The position numbers and the translations under genes are program-made. A DNA stretch of 64,000 bases. It comes from Nemertoderma westbladi (Eukaryota > Animalia > Xenacoelomorpha). The stretch spans positions 28,499 through 92,498 of the forward strand of contig JAUCBJ010002753.1 in NCBI GenBank assembly GCA_032718475.1. Reading direction: 5' to 3'. Positions 25,861-39,052 of the stretch are shown here, in pieces. Under the pieces are notes generated by a model that worked only from the letters and a program-made list of their open reading frames with translations, ran no database searches and had not been told where the DNA came from. Position 1 is the stretch's first letter, and each line of letters opens with the position of its first letter.

Positions 25861-27498
25861 GGTTACTAACTAAATACTATGGTTACAGCTACTGTAGTAT
25901 GATTTGGTATGTGTGTATATGCCAATGCCAGGTTCCCCCCAGGTTAGAACCCCTCTAATGGAAGATGTCAGGAGATTACAGGTGTGTGCGTGCCGGTGAT
26001 ATAAATAAACTTAAATAAAAGACACATATATTTTACATAGAATAACCGTATTTCACTTTACGATCTATATAATGAATATTTCAATCACTCAATTCCACTC
26101 GTACGTTTAAATATTGCCACGTGGCACGGCGTAAAATACGGTCATATTTAACTAAATATAGATGATAATACTTATATACGTTCCGCTTTCATCTCAGATC
26201 ATGAGTCACTCACCACCCAAAAATTGTAGACCCACACAGGTAGGCAGTTAGTTACACGTGTATGGTGCGTGTCATTGATTACATGCATAAATTAAACTCC
26301 TGTCATATCCTCCTGTGTTGGGAGTAGGGGGATTAGCAAATTCGGCAATGACGTCCAGGTGGGATCGAAATGGTGACCTCCAGCATATTTCTTGTAAAAA
26401 CCGCAATCTTTCTCTCAGAAGCCAGAAAGCTCCTAAACTATAGCAATTAGTAAATGATTTGTTTCCTCGCCCTTTTCCCGGAAAAATAATTAACCTATGT
26501 TTACCAAAGTACTGGAACTTCACATAGGACGATAGAACGGCACCTTAAAACATTTAATACTTATAAATGAAAATTGATATAGAATTGATATAGGTTTTTG
26601 TTTATTTATTTATGTTTATTGCATTGTACCCAGCAGACCCACCAGCAGATATGGTGATGGGTTGGATTAATACGCATTGAGCACTGAACTATACACTAGT
26701 TTTACCAAAGAGTTTACCAAAGAGTATTGAACTGAAGTTTATTTAAAATAAATGAAGCAATCGATTAGAACAAGCGGGAAACGGCGCTTTAGAAGAGACG
26801 ATCAATTAAATAAATGACCCTCCCTCAGAGACAGAACTAATGATTGGACACAGTTACACTCTTACTCAATTAGAATTTATGCAGACCCTCTCTATCTTTA
26901 CTTTACTGCAATGTTCCACAGCCCCTATTCTACCAACTGTACAGTTATGCACTGCATGCAAACTACAATGTTAAGAAATCATTGACTCTGATTGGTTGGT
27001 TGACTAGGGCCCAAAGGCGGGAAGCCAATGGAATAAGGTTCCCTCTGTGTTTAGGCATATGATCTGGTTCTGTTTGGTTCTGAAGGCTTGTGAGATATAA
27101 GGGCCCTTCCTTTAAATATGTCATATGTTTAATACTGACACTTATAATAGTAAAACCTGTAAGCAGAAGGCTTCGTATTATTTTTGGTTCCATCTCATCT
27201 CTAGTTTTGTTTGTTGCGTTTGTTTTCCTTAATTTATTTAAATATTGAAGAAGATATTTACAATATTTGATGTGGATGTGATTAACTCAAGGATAAACTT
27301 TTAATAGTAAGTTAAATAAAGTCCAGTATTATTTATCAATATTAATTATACTTGCGTTTTAAATAAAATAATTGTAAAATTGTTTTTCTGAAATATTATT
27401 GTATAATGTAATTAGTACAATATGACCACCATGTGATTCACATTATTATTTCGGCAGGGGTCAAATGCAATACACTTAATTCTCATTTGTGTTACATT

Positions 27499-27712
27499 GA
27501 GGTGAAAAGGAAATAAAGGGGAGGTGGAAAGGAAATAAAGGGGAGGTGAAAAGGAAATAAAGGGGAGGAAAAGTTAATAAAGGGGAGGTGAAAAGGAAAT
27601 AAAGGGGTGGTGGAAAGGTAATAAAGGGGAGGTGAAAAGGAAATAAAGGGGAGGTGAAAAGGAAATAAAGGGGAGGTGGAAAGGAAATAAAGCGGAGGTG
27701 AAAAGGAAATAA
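27499..27712. repeat. 22 bp purine-rich tandem repeat (GAGGTGAAAAGGAAATAAAGGG), ~10 copies
   Basis: Unit starts at 27499, 27521, 27543... Confidence 0.92.
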
Positions 27713-30700
27713 ACAGCATTTTTCCATTAGGAACCTTTCCTAACACTCGCATGGTAAATTAAACTTTTAGGGGTCAGTGTGACTGAAGCCTATTTGCTTT
27801 TCCATGTAATAAATAGTTATGTTGACATTCGTTATTTTAATTGCCGGGCCAGTAACCGCAAATAATTATTACAACCTAACCTCAATTACCATTTGTGATT
27901 GACAAACAATGCTTTTCGCGTACTAATTTAATCCATTATTATCTATTCACATTTGTTTAAAGTGCTTTTATTATCGACCCCGGGCAGCGAGCATTCTTAA
28001 CAGCAAAGTGCTTCAGCTGCGAATTAACGACTTAACATACATTAATCAAAGCCATTTTATATCCAAAGTCAAAGCTCATTTGCACAGCAAAGGGTTTTTA
28101 GATCCTAAAGGGAAAATTCCAATTATTCACGTCTGCAACAGATGCCATCAGAAATGATTTTTTTGCTTCGAAGCCAATTAATTACTGTATTAATAATATA
28201 TTTTTGTAAGTTTTGCCATTATTCATTCAGAGTTTCCATAAATTGTAATGGATTTATTAGGAAATGCACTGACACTTTACACCTCATATATTATTATTAA
28301 AACTGTCGATTTATAATTTTAGTTAATTTACAAGATTCTTGTTGTTTTATCGATGTTATCTGAGGTCGTTGACACATTTTCCATTCTCAGAAAATGATGC
28401 CATGTTTCAACCTAGTTAGATACAGTAACATGACAATGTTATTTTGTTGCATTTTTCCCATGATAAGAGATAAGTCTTCTGTGACCTTAGTATTTGGCGT
28501 GCTGGTGTGTTGGTTGAGCAAATTTGCTCAAGGTTGGTTCGCCTTGTGTGTTGGTACACTAGTATCCCATGGGGAGAGAGGCCTATAAGACCCCGAATAT
28601 GATCACTCAGTAATACTCAGTGTCCTTATCTTAGTTGAACAAACTTTTACGGTATTGTTTGACTACAATAATGGCGGCCTTAATTTGTAATAATATTGGG
28701 GGTGTAACTCCTACTAAACTCCAATACATGTGCCATTAAATATTTGGAAACGATTGTTCAGTGTTTGGTAAAGATAGCGAGAGTCACCTAAGACATATAA
28801 TATAGTAGGGAAGAAGGTACAAGCCTATTAATATAATAGTTCACCTTGCTTGTTAACTTCTAGTTAATATTTTATCGTTATTATGTTTTAACTTGTCAGT
28901 TATATTGCATTTGTATACAATAATACCATTCCTACTATACCAGTTTTGATTTTAATCAGGCTGTGCATTTTGTTTCGGTTAGTCTTTCGACAATATAATA
29001 TATGTCTTGTTTATAACTTTGTGGAGCTGTTGTATTCGTGTATTTGAAGACTTTATTTGACTTCCATCATCCCATGTCTTTAGTATGCATTTTTTTCAAC
29101 TTAGTCTGAAATTGCCGCCAAAATTTGTAAATATTCAAACTGTTAAATTAGGTAGGCTAACAATTATTTTATCTTATATAGTAAGTAGTCTACAAATCTA
29201 AGTGAATTACATTAACTACATACTACGACGTCGTAAATGCGGGTACAGTAGCTTGCAAGGGCTTTGTCGTATTATTGTCAAGTATTACTGTCGTATCAAG
29301 GGACCGTCGATTTGATAAATCTATTGAAATTCGGCAATTTAAGTCATAAAATTGGGAATAGGACGGCACGGGCTAGATTTCTTGATATAGAGTTTGATAT
29401 AAAAGGGTATAAGGGTCGCGACCTCCAATTAGAGTTACTACTTAGGCCCCCAGAATCTTAGGGATTCTTATTCTACTAGATGTAGCCTATATCGGGCCTC
29501 AGAAAGACCCATTAAACCCTTTCTTTACCCTGGACCTATTGTTCGGTGTTCGGTCAGCTGCATCGAAGCCGCATCAGATATAACTTGTTGTTGATTTCAT
29601 CCGGGAAATTAATCTATATATGTGGCCCCATTAGGGGTTCTCTTTCAATTGGTATCTACCCGTAACGCGGGGGGTAGAATAGGGTAGAGGTTGTTGAAAT
29701 AGGGCCACAGCATTGTGTCCGATTCCTCTGGTAGGTGGTAGTGGGCACCAAATGCTGTTTAATCGCTCCACTAACTTCGTCCAACAATAGGTAAGCACGG
29801 GCAGATGTTCGTCGTGGTTTTTATCGCATTGCGCTCAGGTCCTTAATTTGACGTTGTCGTTTCGGGGGCCTTATTGCTCCGGGCGAGATTGTGGCTTTGA
29901 TAAAAACCCTGACTAGATATTTAGTCATTACCTTTGCCATCATGCGATAAAAAATGCGAATACATTTAGAAAAATTCTTGCATATGTTTCACCTGGACTA
30001 CCTACCTACCCGCTATGCCGGTAACTGCACCTCGAAACATTCAACCAAGGTGTTGTTTGAATTCCTGTTCGCTAGGTTTCGTATAGTAGTAGGTCCTCCG
30101 AGCCCCTGTATGTAGTTTCTTGAAGGGCCTTTTGGGCACCTATTTCGTTTCTCCCTGAGCTTTATGGAATTAACGAAACAAACAATGCGTAATTCCTGAA
30201 TTGGTGATACCAAAACGAAACTACCCTTTCGTTTATATTTCAACGTATATCAGTGCCATATTTGGTTTTGAAAGCCGGGGGGGGGGGGGGGGGGGGGGCA
30301 TCTTCAATTAAGTCAGTAAATTTAATAAACAAAGAAATGCTGTCTAAGTAAGCATTTTTGAGTTTAAAATTTGTGAATTTTAGAATTGTACTTTTATGGA
30401 CAGTGGTTGTTGTTACGGACAGTGGTTTATTGGTAGGAAGGAGGTTGGAGGTTGGTGATTTAGCTCACCTCTCTAAGTTGGTTGATATGGGCGTGTAAAG
30501 CAATAGCAGAAACAAAGAGAGCATAAGGAATCAGGAACAGTATTTTAACGATTTATCGTTCGGTTACCTAACTCACTGTATCCTGCGGGCGGTACTCACA
30601 ATGTTGCCCCTCCCTGCTCAAACAAAATAAATCTACTGCTAAATAAAATACTACAGAATGCCAAGGTACACCCCAGAGTAGCCCACTTACACAGAGGCTT

Positions 30701-32533
30701 TTGTGAAGGTTCATTGCATGCGAACCGCTTTTTGCTTGTCTGAAATCTCAGATGCGCTGTTTTTTCTCATTGAAATGTATTGTTGTTGTCGGTTTGTGGT
30801 ATATACAGTATATTCGGTGTTAACAATACATTTGTGTAAAACCTATCAATCAGGTACGCCATGTTTGTTTGGTCGACTTCTGTGAAGGGGAGGGAGACGA
30901 TTGAAGGTTACATAATAGGTAATACATAATACATAATGGGATTTATTTGGTTTTTTTGCTAATTTGAGAGGCGGTAATAAGTTTAGCAGCCATTTGTTAA
31001 TTTTTATTATATTTATTACCTTTTGCGCATTTCATGCACTTTCGAATCCTCTTTTACACTTATCTTTAGACCATCAACTTATTTTATAGCTCTAACATTA
31101 TTTTGCATGGGACGACGTTGGGTGACTTTATTGTAAACTGACTTGAAAGAACCGTACTTCAGATGCGACACCGGGGAGGTATACACACTAATTTTCCTAC
31201 AAATATTAATGTTGAAATTTGAACCATTTAGTTTGCAAACTCATCCTGTGTGTGAGTCAGAATATTGAATTTCGTTTTCAAACTTTTTTTACAGGCGCCA
31301 TTAATACACATCAATAATGCGCGCCAGTCCCACCATCGCCACATGTATTTGCGAATCTATTTTCCAGCACAGTTACATAAGGTGGCTCTTGAATTTTCGC
31401 AACAACAGCATATCGCAGAAAGGAAGATGAATGGTGCAATATTGGTTAGACTCTTTTCAAAATGCTTTTATGAAAGTTTTAGGAATGAATATTGAAGTTC
31501 AGACTTTTCCTTATTAAACTATAATTTAAAATTCTCATTTCATGCGATATAACATGATCATTAAGAATAATCATTTTCACAAAAAATCATTAAGATTTGT
31601 AAAGACACCATAGTAGAGGTAACATTGTGCAATTGGAGTTGTCTTCCATGCCCCGGGGATATGTTGGGCGGGGGTTGTTGTTTAATTCCAGCTTCTAGGG
31701 CAAATACCAATGTTCTAAGATGCCTCCAGGACTTATATGGGTTAACGGGAAGGTTTGGTACGAGGGCATTCATCATTAATTGTTGGAAATATAGATTCCA
31801 GGATTATATTTGTGGTGATTACAAAGGGACAATCGATTGGTCTGCAGGCTATTACTGTATAGGATGACATATCTTTGGTAGTGAAATAATTTAGATGTTT
31901 GTGTATAAATAGTTGGATACTTGGCATAAATGTGATCCTAAGTAATTATTTCTTACAAAGAACTATCCTATAATATGTTGGCGTTTTGTAATAATATTTT
32001 CCAGGGTCTAGTCCAGTCAACATAATCTTACATAACTATAACCCTATTTTTTCTGTTCATTGTGTATTCCTAAAGATTGTATAGTGAGTGCCAATTCTAT
32101 TGAGGGGTTTGTCTAAGTAAGAGCTTAGCCTTCAGTTGATAAACTTAGTATGGCCCTGAACCCCCCCCCCCCCCCCCCCCACCCCCATCCCCCCTCCCAT
32201 CTCGTATTAAGTAGTGGCCCAAAGTATAAGTAGTCCTAGAATCGTGTAGATAACGCATTTCCCCAAATTTATTTTGTAACAAATTTATTGTTAAAAATTA
32301 ACCAAAATTCGGAATATTACTATAAAATAAATAATGTGTTAGTTGTAGTATTTAGATAGTTAAAATGCAATTATCTAAATTTTAAGTAATATTTAGTTTT
32401 CTAAATATCAATATTTTTGTATTTTAGAATGAAGTTATATGTTGATGCGATAAATTCTCTCCAATCCATATAATTACATCATATCGTATTTCATTGGCGA
32501 ACTCATTACGGAATAAAACCTTGTCGATCAACC

Positions 32534-35218
32534 ATGTCGGATGCTAAGATATTATTTGGCTCGGAGATGTCTTTCCCGCCGGCATTGATTCCCCGGTGCG
32601 ATACTGGTCACGTGATCCAGGGCACTGTGGCTTCCGAGACATTCGGTCGGACACCCATGCGGACGGACCCCTCCCAGCAGACAGACCTGTCCTGCCTCTC
32701 CACCGAATCCTTGTCCCCATTCTACAAAGCGTCTCCCAAGTCCCCCAACCATGAATCTTTCGTATCCAACTCAGATAATCTCAGTAATAGTGCGGTTAAT
32801 GTCTCTTCCTTAGCGAATCTGTCAGCTTTCTCTAAAGTCGTTTCATCTTCAGGAATTTTGCCGAATCATTTATCACCTGATGGTGTCGTTGTTCCACCCA
32901 GTAACAATAATTCATCCTCAAACAACTTCGGTATTACACCGCATCCCGGATTATTGATGACGTCACCACAGAAAGACAGTACCATGTTCAATCGAAGCGT
33001 GTTGTTACCACCGCCGAATCTGCCATTGAGTCATCAGATAAATAACTTGCCCTCTACATTCTCGAACCCATTTATGCCCATGATGCCCTTCGCACCAGGG
33101 TTCATGATGCCCCCTCGTGTCCCTCCTCAGCCTTCTTACTCTACCTCTAACCACCAACTTATTTCTTGCACATATTGCGTCTTTCAAACCCATGACACTT
33201 TAATTATGAACGTTCACGAGCAACTACACCGTAGTCAGGCTGCCAGCGCGCTCCGTCCATTCTCTCAGCCAGTGTCAACATGCGTGGTCTGCGGCGACAC
33301 CTTCTACAACACCCACCATCTCATGCAACATATAGACATACACCACAAAGAGTCAGGACTGTACAAGTGCGACCTGTGTCCCTTTACCAGTCTAGATCTT
33401 CTCAAACTATCGACCCATACCAGCGAAAAACACAGTATCATAGGGGGTCGTCTTTACCAGTGTACATATTGCGGATTTAGCACGAAAATGCGGGAATTTT
33501 TCGTCAGTCATATGGAGAGTCACGTGCAGAGAGGGGGAGTGATTCACTCTCCAACCAGTCCCTTCGGCAGTGAAAGTGCTTTCAATAGCTCTATAAGCAT
33601 TGATAATAAGCGTTTTAGTTGTCCCGAGTGCAGTTATTCTTGCGAAGCTCGTCAAACGCTAGAAAAGCACTTGTTCTACCACCAAATAACTCGAGTAAGG
33701 GATGTTGGTAGTGTGAAAAGTTCCGGTGATGAAGTAGTTGCTAAACCTGAGCATATGAACATAGCTCTTTTCAAATGCGATCAATGTGATTTTACATCAT
33801 CTGCTATGAGTGGCATTGTCAGTCACCAGAAGAACCACCAATACACCAGCCATGAGTGCAAGATATGTCACTTCGTGGTGCACTCGCGAGACGCATTGGA
33901 GGATCACATGAAGGTGCACAAGATAGATGGGGAGTTTGTGTGCGATATCTGCGGGACAATGCTGCGAACGCTGCAGAAAATCGTTCAACACCGACGCACT
34001 CACACAGGCGAGAAACCGTTCCAGTGTCCGCACTGCAGTTACCGGTGTTCTCGCAAGGACAACCTTAAACTCCACGCTAGACGCCACGCCCTGCGCAAAT
34101 TCCATTGTCCCCAGTGCAAGTTTGTCACGGACAACGAGCCCCACCTCCAGAAACATGTGATACGCAAACACCTCACAGTGCCAAGCCAGTTGGCAATCAC
34201 TAATGGCTCTCCCCCATCCGCTTTGCACAACAGCATGAACAATTTTACTACAAGCCATAACGACATGGAGCAAAGATCAAATGCAATCTCCACACACTTT
34301 CAACTATCTCATGAAGATTATGAAACTGAATTCATTGAACCTTTAGATTTCTCAAAGCATGACTCAGACTCATCAAGGAACTCTTTTGGTGACAATAACA
34401 ACTCGATAAAACCGTATATTTGCACAATGTGCGGTTACATCGGTATGTCAGCCTACAAACTCAACGAACACATGCGGATCCACACGGGCGAGAAACCATT
34501 CAAGTGTTCCATCTGCGAGTTCCGTTGCGCACGTAAAGGGAATCTGGCTTTGCACATGCGCCGTCATTCTGTGGACGGGTTGGTCCCGGGTCGCAATATA
34601 TTCCAGTTGAGACGCCAGCTACCGGGCCCCTTCCTGGCGCTGGGAGCGCCCACCGAGTCCGTGTCCGGTCCGCATTCCGCACCGGATCTCAGCGCCTCGT
34701 CCGAGTCCTTCGACGAATATTCCCCGGTGCGTTCCACCACTCCCTTCAACGATTCCCTCCTAATGAACAGCCGAGAATACGAATCCTTCGACGAATCCCC
34801 GAGCGCTAAGAGAAGGAAACTCTTATCAGCAGCGATGGGAACGTCTACCTTTTTGTCAGACCTCCAGCTTCACAACCAATCGCGATCGAATTATTCCTTG
34901 TCCTCCGAGTCGGATAACAGCCAATGTGCGACGAGTAGCCATGACGTCACGGATGAGGTTGATGAAGAAAAGAATCCAATCGAGAACGGTGTCATCAATC
35001 TCAGCCTCAAAGACCAACGTAAACGACGGGTAGTCATAGAAACCGAGGTGCTTGATCTTTGCACGAGTGGCAAACCAGTGGAGAACGGAGTGGCAATGAA
35101 ACCCTTCGTGGATAAGGTTCCCATGTTCACGCCGAAAAAACGTCTGTTGGGGAAATATCAGGCCGAGATGAGGAACTCTTTGGTAGTGGAACACGCCGGA
35201 CTGAAAGCCGGGGCCTAA
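32534..35218 (+). CDS. C2H2 zinc-finger transcription factor, 894 aa, 12 fingers, uninterrupted CDS
   Basis: 12 CxxC..HxxxH(H) motifs, two HTGEKPF linkers, caaccATG start context, PSAKRRK NLS-like motif, PLDFS motif; acceptor-like ttttag at 32427 suggests a 5' UTR intron. Confidence 0.93.
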   Translation: MSDAKILFGSEMSFPPALIPRCDTGHVIQGTVASETFGRTPMRTDPSQQTDLSCLSTESLSPFYKASPKSPNHESFVSNSDNLSNSAVNVSSLANLSAFSKVVSSSGILPNHLSPDGVVVPPSNNNSSSNNFGITPHPGLLMTSPQKDSTMFNRSVLLPPPNLPLSHQINNLPSTFSNPFMPMMPFAPGFMMPPRVPPQPSYSTSNHQLISCTYCVFQTHDTLIMNVHEQLHRSQAASALRPFSQPVSTCVVCGDTFYNTHHLMQHIDIHHKESGLYKCDLCPFTSLDLLKLSTHTSEKHSIIGGRLYQCTYCGFSTKMREFFVSHMESHVQRGGVIHSPTSPFGSESAFNSSISIDNKRFSCPECSYSCEARQTLEKHLFYHQITRVRDVGSVKSSGDEVVAKPEHMNIALFKCDQCDFTSSAMSGIVSHQKNHQYTSHECKICHFVVHSRDALEDHMKVHKIDGEFVCDICGTMLRTLQKIVQHRRTHTGEKPFQCPHCSYRCSRKDNLKLHARRHALRKFHCPQCKFVTDNEPHLQKHVIRKHLTVPSQLAITNGSPPSALHNSMNNFTTSHNDMEQRSNAISTHFQLSHEDYETEFIEPLDFSKHDSDSSRNSFGDNNNSIKPYICTMCGYIGMSAYKLNEHMRIHTGEKPFKCSICEFRCARKGNLALHMRRHSVDGLVPGRNIFQLRRQLPGPFLALGAPTESVSGPHSAPDLSASSESFDEYSPVRSTTPFNDSLLMNSREYESFDESPSAKRRKLLSAAMGTSTFLSDLQLHNQSRSNYSLSSESDNSQCATSSHDVTDEVDEEKNPIENGVINLSLKDQRKRRVVIETEVLDLCTSGKPVENGVAMKPFVDKVPMFTPKKRLLGKYQAEMRNSLVVEHAGLKAGA

Positions 35219-36881
35219 TCATGAGCTACTCTGGTGTTGCTATGTTGCATTAATTTATAAATAATTTCCTTAAATAATTATACTTTTGCCCGACAACAAC
35301 TAAAATACAACTTTCGTAGATTTAAGTAAAAATTACTGAGTCCTATTTTTACTTCGAGAATGGCCATTACAAATAATAAGAACCAATTACAACGTAATGT
35401 TTTTGCTATTGATTTGTTGGCCATTGTTGTAACACTCATTGAATACGGATTGACTACGGATTCAATTCAATTATTAACGTCAAAAATACAATTTCCAGAT
35501 TTCAGTAAAAAATAATTATAATTTCTTATTTATTTATCAAAAGGAAAGTATTAAGTAAAAACCGTAGGTTACAATAATAAATAATAATAGAAACATAAGT
35601 TAAAAACATAGACTTAAATTTAGTAAAGAATTATTACCAAAACTATTAACATTGTTCATATATGTTCAAATTGACTACCTCATTCTATATTTCACACAGG
35701 AGTTTTTTTTTTAATAATTTACCCCAATCATTATTTGTGTCATTTAATATGCCAATATGTGTTGTTGCCAATATGTCTTGTTGCCAATATGTGTCACTTT
35801 TATCTTTCCATCCAGGTGTAGTGCAATTCTAACTAACTATATAAATTATGAACTGATATTTCTTGAGTTTTTGGCTCTCACACTTTTAACTTTGTAGAAT
35901 TTCAAGCTAATTATTGATGATCTAATTTGTTGCTTATATTTATTATTTTATATGGGTGCGGTGACGGGAATGACATAAAGTACTTTATAACGTATGATTA
36001 TTTTTTACTTTGCAAATTCAAAGATTTTAGTTTTCATTAATAGAACCATTACCTACTAAAGATTAGTGTCACTACATTTAGTAGGTCATGATAGACCATT
36101 GAGGCCTTAAAATATTGGAAAACATGGGTATACTAATTATTGTGAGTTCATTTACTGTCATCGCCTATTTAATTATTTGATTTTGTGTTAACCAAGTATA
36201 ACCGATAATTATTCGTAATAATATACATTATGCTATAATATACATTTAATATTAAAAAGTTTATAGTTCGCCTTATTACTGATATTAATAATTTGGAGAA
36301 AAATTCTACATGTTTTTGTAAAACTTCCCAATTAATTGTTTGTGTTTTGTTGTATAGGGTAGTTTGGTTGTTATGACTTTGTTCTTGTAGCATATGTAAG
36401 TAGAATGCATCATTTTTTGTGCATCTTAGGCCATTTTTTGTAGACACAATTTTTTAAAGTGCTTTACCTAATTAATACCTAACTAAGTAGACCTATGTAA
36501 AATTTTTACCATTCCCAATTATGCAGTATATTTTAGTTCTTTTGATTTCTTAATCGCTATTGATGGAGGGTAGGATATATTGTTTATGCTATTTAGTTAT
36601 TTGGAATAATTAACAATTATGTATTGTAAAATTGCTTTAATATAAACACATCGTAAAACCATAACAGATATAATATCATTTTTACCACTTGGGACTAGTT
36701 TATATGTTACCGGTAGGCTTTTACAGTAAAAAAAACCTGAGAACTCAAATTAAGTAGCTTTCGAAGCTAGCCGCTCATTACATGTCCATTTCTACTTAGA
36801 CCCCACAGTAATAAACCCACAATATTGAATAAAAGATTAAAAGCGCAATAATAGGACCATGCAGCGATGCACGACTGGGGT

Positions 36882-39052
36882 GGTTGGTGCAACCTTGCCC
36901 GCGTACAACCATTGCCCGCGTCCAACCTTCGCCCGCGTACAACATTCGCCCGCGTCCAACCTTCGCCTGCGTACATCCTTCGCCCGCGTCCAACCTTCGT
37001 TCGCGTACAACCATCACCCACGTCCAACCTTCGCCCGCGTACAACCTTCGCCCGCGTCCAACCTTCGCCCACTTACATCCTTCGCCCGCGTCCAACCTTC
37101 GTTCGCGTACAACCATCACCCACGTCCAACCTTCGCCCGCGTACAACCTTCGCCCGCGTCCAACCTTCGCCCACTTACATCCTTCGCCCGCGTCCAACCT
37201 TCGTTCGCGTACAACCATCACCCGCGTCCAAGCTTCGCCTGCGTCCAACCTTCGCCCGCGTCCAACCTTCGCCCGCGTACATCAGAGCGCACGGAGGCGC
37301 ATCATCCGGACAAGCCGGCATTTATTTGTGTTAATTTAAAAGGGAAGTACAAAATAAAATCAAATAGCAGAAGTATATAAAATAGCACTGTTAGTAAAAT
37401 AATTGATATGACATTTGAGGATAATTAAAACAGACTGCTACTACTAAGCCATTCATAATAAAAGAATAAAAACAGGATCATCTAAAAGAGCTCTATGTTC
37501 GTAAGTTCAGGTAAAATTACTGATTGTATTCGGTTCATTAAAGACTCAATAATTACTAGTTCATACATGATAAATCAAAATAGGATACGATCCAGCAATC
37601 AAGTCACCCTAACTTTATTTATCCAGTTAAAATATTGTTCTATCCTATGATGACGCGTTTTGAAAGGCAACGACTGCGAATAGAACTGTAAAATAAAATC
37701 ACGGTCGGATTCCTCCGCCATTGTGAGTGCTGCAGGTTCTAAAAGCTTATAGTGAGCATTCACTATATTTATAGCGAGCATTTACTATATTTATAGCGCA
37801 AAATTGACCTCAAACTGGGGATAGCATACTTTTGAGAACATTTTTCAAAAACTGAGCCCAGTCCTAGTAGTAGTATTTTATTGACATTGATAATATTGTT
37901 AATAATATAAAGCACAGCACAATCACAAATAATAAGCGAAATAGGAAATGAGGGAACTGTTAAACCGTATTCAAAAAATAGTACCTAATTATAATGTCCA
38001 AAACATTCAAATGATATAAACAACGATAGTTCAACTAATATAATAATTACTGTATATATATATAAGTACTAATCGCGGAAGACCTGTATTACTTCATATA
38101 TATATTTACATAGAGACCCTAAATTATTATTATTACCATAGAATATAATACATTAACGTTATCAAAATCCAAATTTTGATATTTATTCCGTAATTTTGTG
38201 GTTAAAACCTACATAAAGGTTATTTGTTGTCCCAGACAAGTAATGCAATACGCAGGATGGACTGTAATAAAACATTTGGGCACTTATTTACTCTGGTTAA
38301 TGTTCCGACACAAAGTCTATACATTTCCACGCTAAAATCGTTGCATCCGAGTAATGCAAGGGTTACGTTGTTGCTTGAATAAGGACCCACGAAAAGTAAA
38401 CCTCGCAGAGTCTTCCGGTAATAAGAGTCAAGTTCAGCGATTTCTTTTGAACATAGCGAACCAATAAGATACCGCGATGAGTAGGATATTGTTGGTACAG
38501 CTATGGACCGCCACAGGTATCCCAGTGTGCTGCCAGCGCGCATTCCAACCATTTCGATGAAATAAATCCGACATTATGGCTATCGAGCGGATGAAATCCT
38601 GGAGGCTGTTGCAACCTTCGCCCGCGTCCAACCTTCGCACGCGTACATCCTTCGCCCGCGTCCAAACTTCGTACGCGTACAACCTTCGCCCGCGTCCAAC
38701 CTTCGCCCGTAAGGCAATCTTCGCCCGTGAGCAACCTTCTCCCAATAAGATTTGTGTTAGTAACCATTTTAGTTAGCAATTGAGGGAAAGGAGCAGGTTA
38801 CAGAGACCGCTTTTTCTAACCAAAACAATAAACGATGTTGTTATCAATTGAGGGAAAGGAGCAGGTTACAGAGACGGCTTTTTCTAACCAAAAAAATCAT
38901 TGTTTAGTGGGCGAAGGTTGCTCGCGGGCGATCATTGACTGTGGGCGAAGGTTTCCGCTGGGCGATAGTTGCTCATTTTGAGGGCGAAGATTGCTCCGGG
39001 CGAAGATTGGACTTGGGCGAAGCTTTCTTGCGGGCGATGTTTGCTGCGTACC
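36882..39052. mobile_element. Non-autonomous Mutator/foldback-like element whose ends are arrays of a 17 bp unit (CAACCTTCGCCCGCGT[C/A]); 8 bp TSD ACTGGGGT
   Basis: Forward arrays at ~36889-37280 and ~38611-38742, inverted array at ~38908-39040, GG...CC termini, ACTGGGGT at 36874-36881 and 39053-39060. Confidence 0.7.
38220..38552 (-). mobile_element. Fragment resembling the post-RT region of a non-LTR retrotransposon ORF2
   Basis: LWRSIAVPTISY...LDSYYRKTLRGLL....SSN.....LLG pattern; recognised by eye only. Confidence 0.45.

Noticed and set aside
29264-30243. Possible Penelope-like RT remnant (RFLDIEF)
   Set aside because: A single short motif is not enough support
32552-35194. Short ORFs overlapping the zinc-finger CDS
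   Set aside because: Alternative-frame and antisense shadows with no recognisable motifs
36767-37380. Arg/Pro-rich ORFs on both strands
   Set aside because: Produced by the 17 bp terminal array
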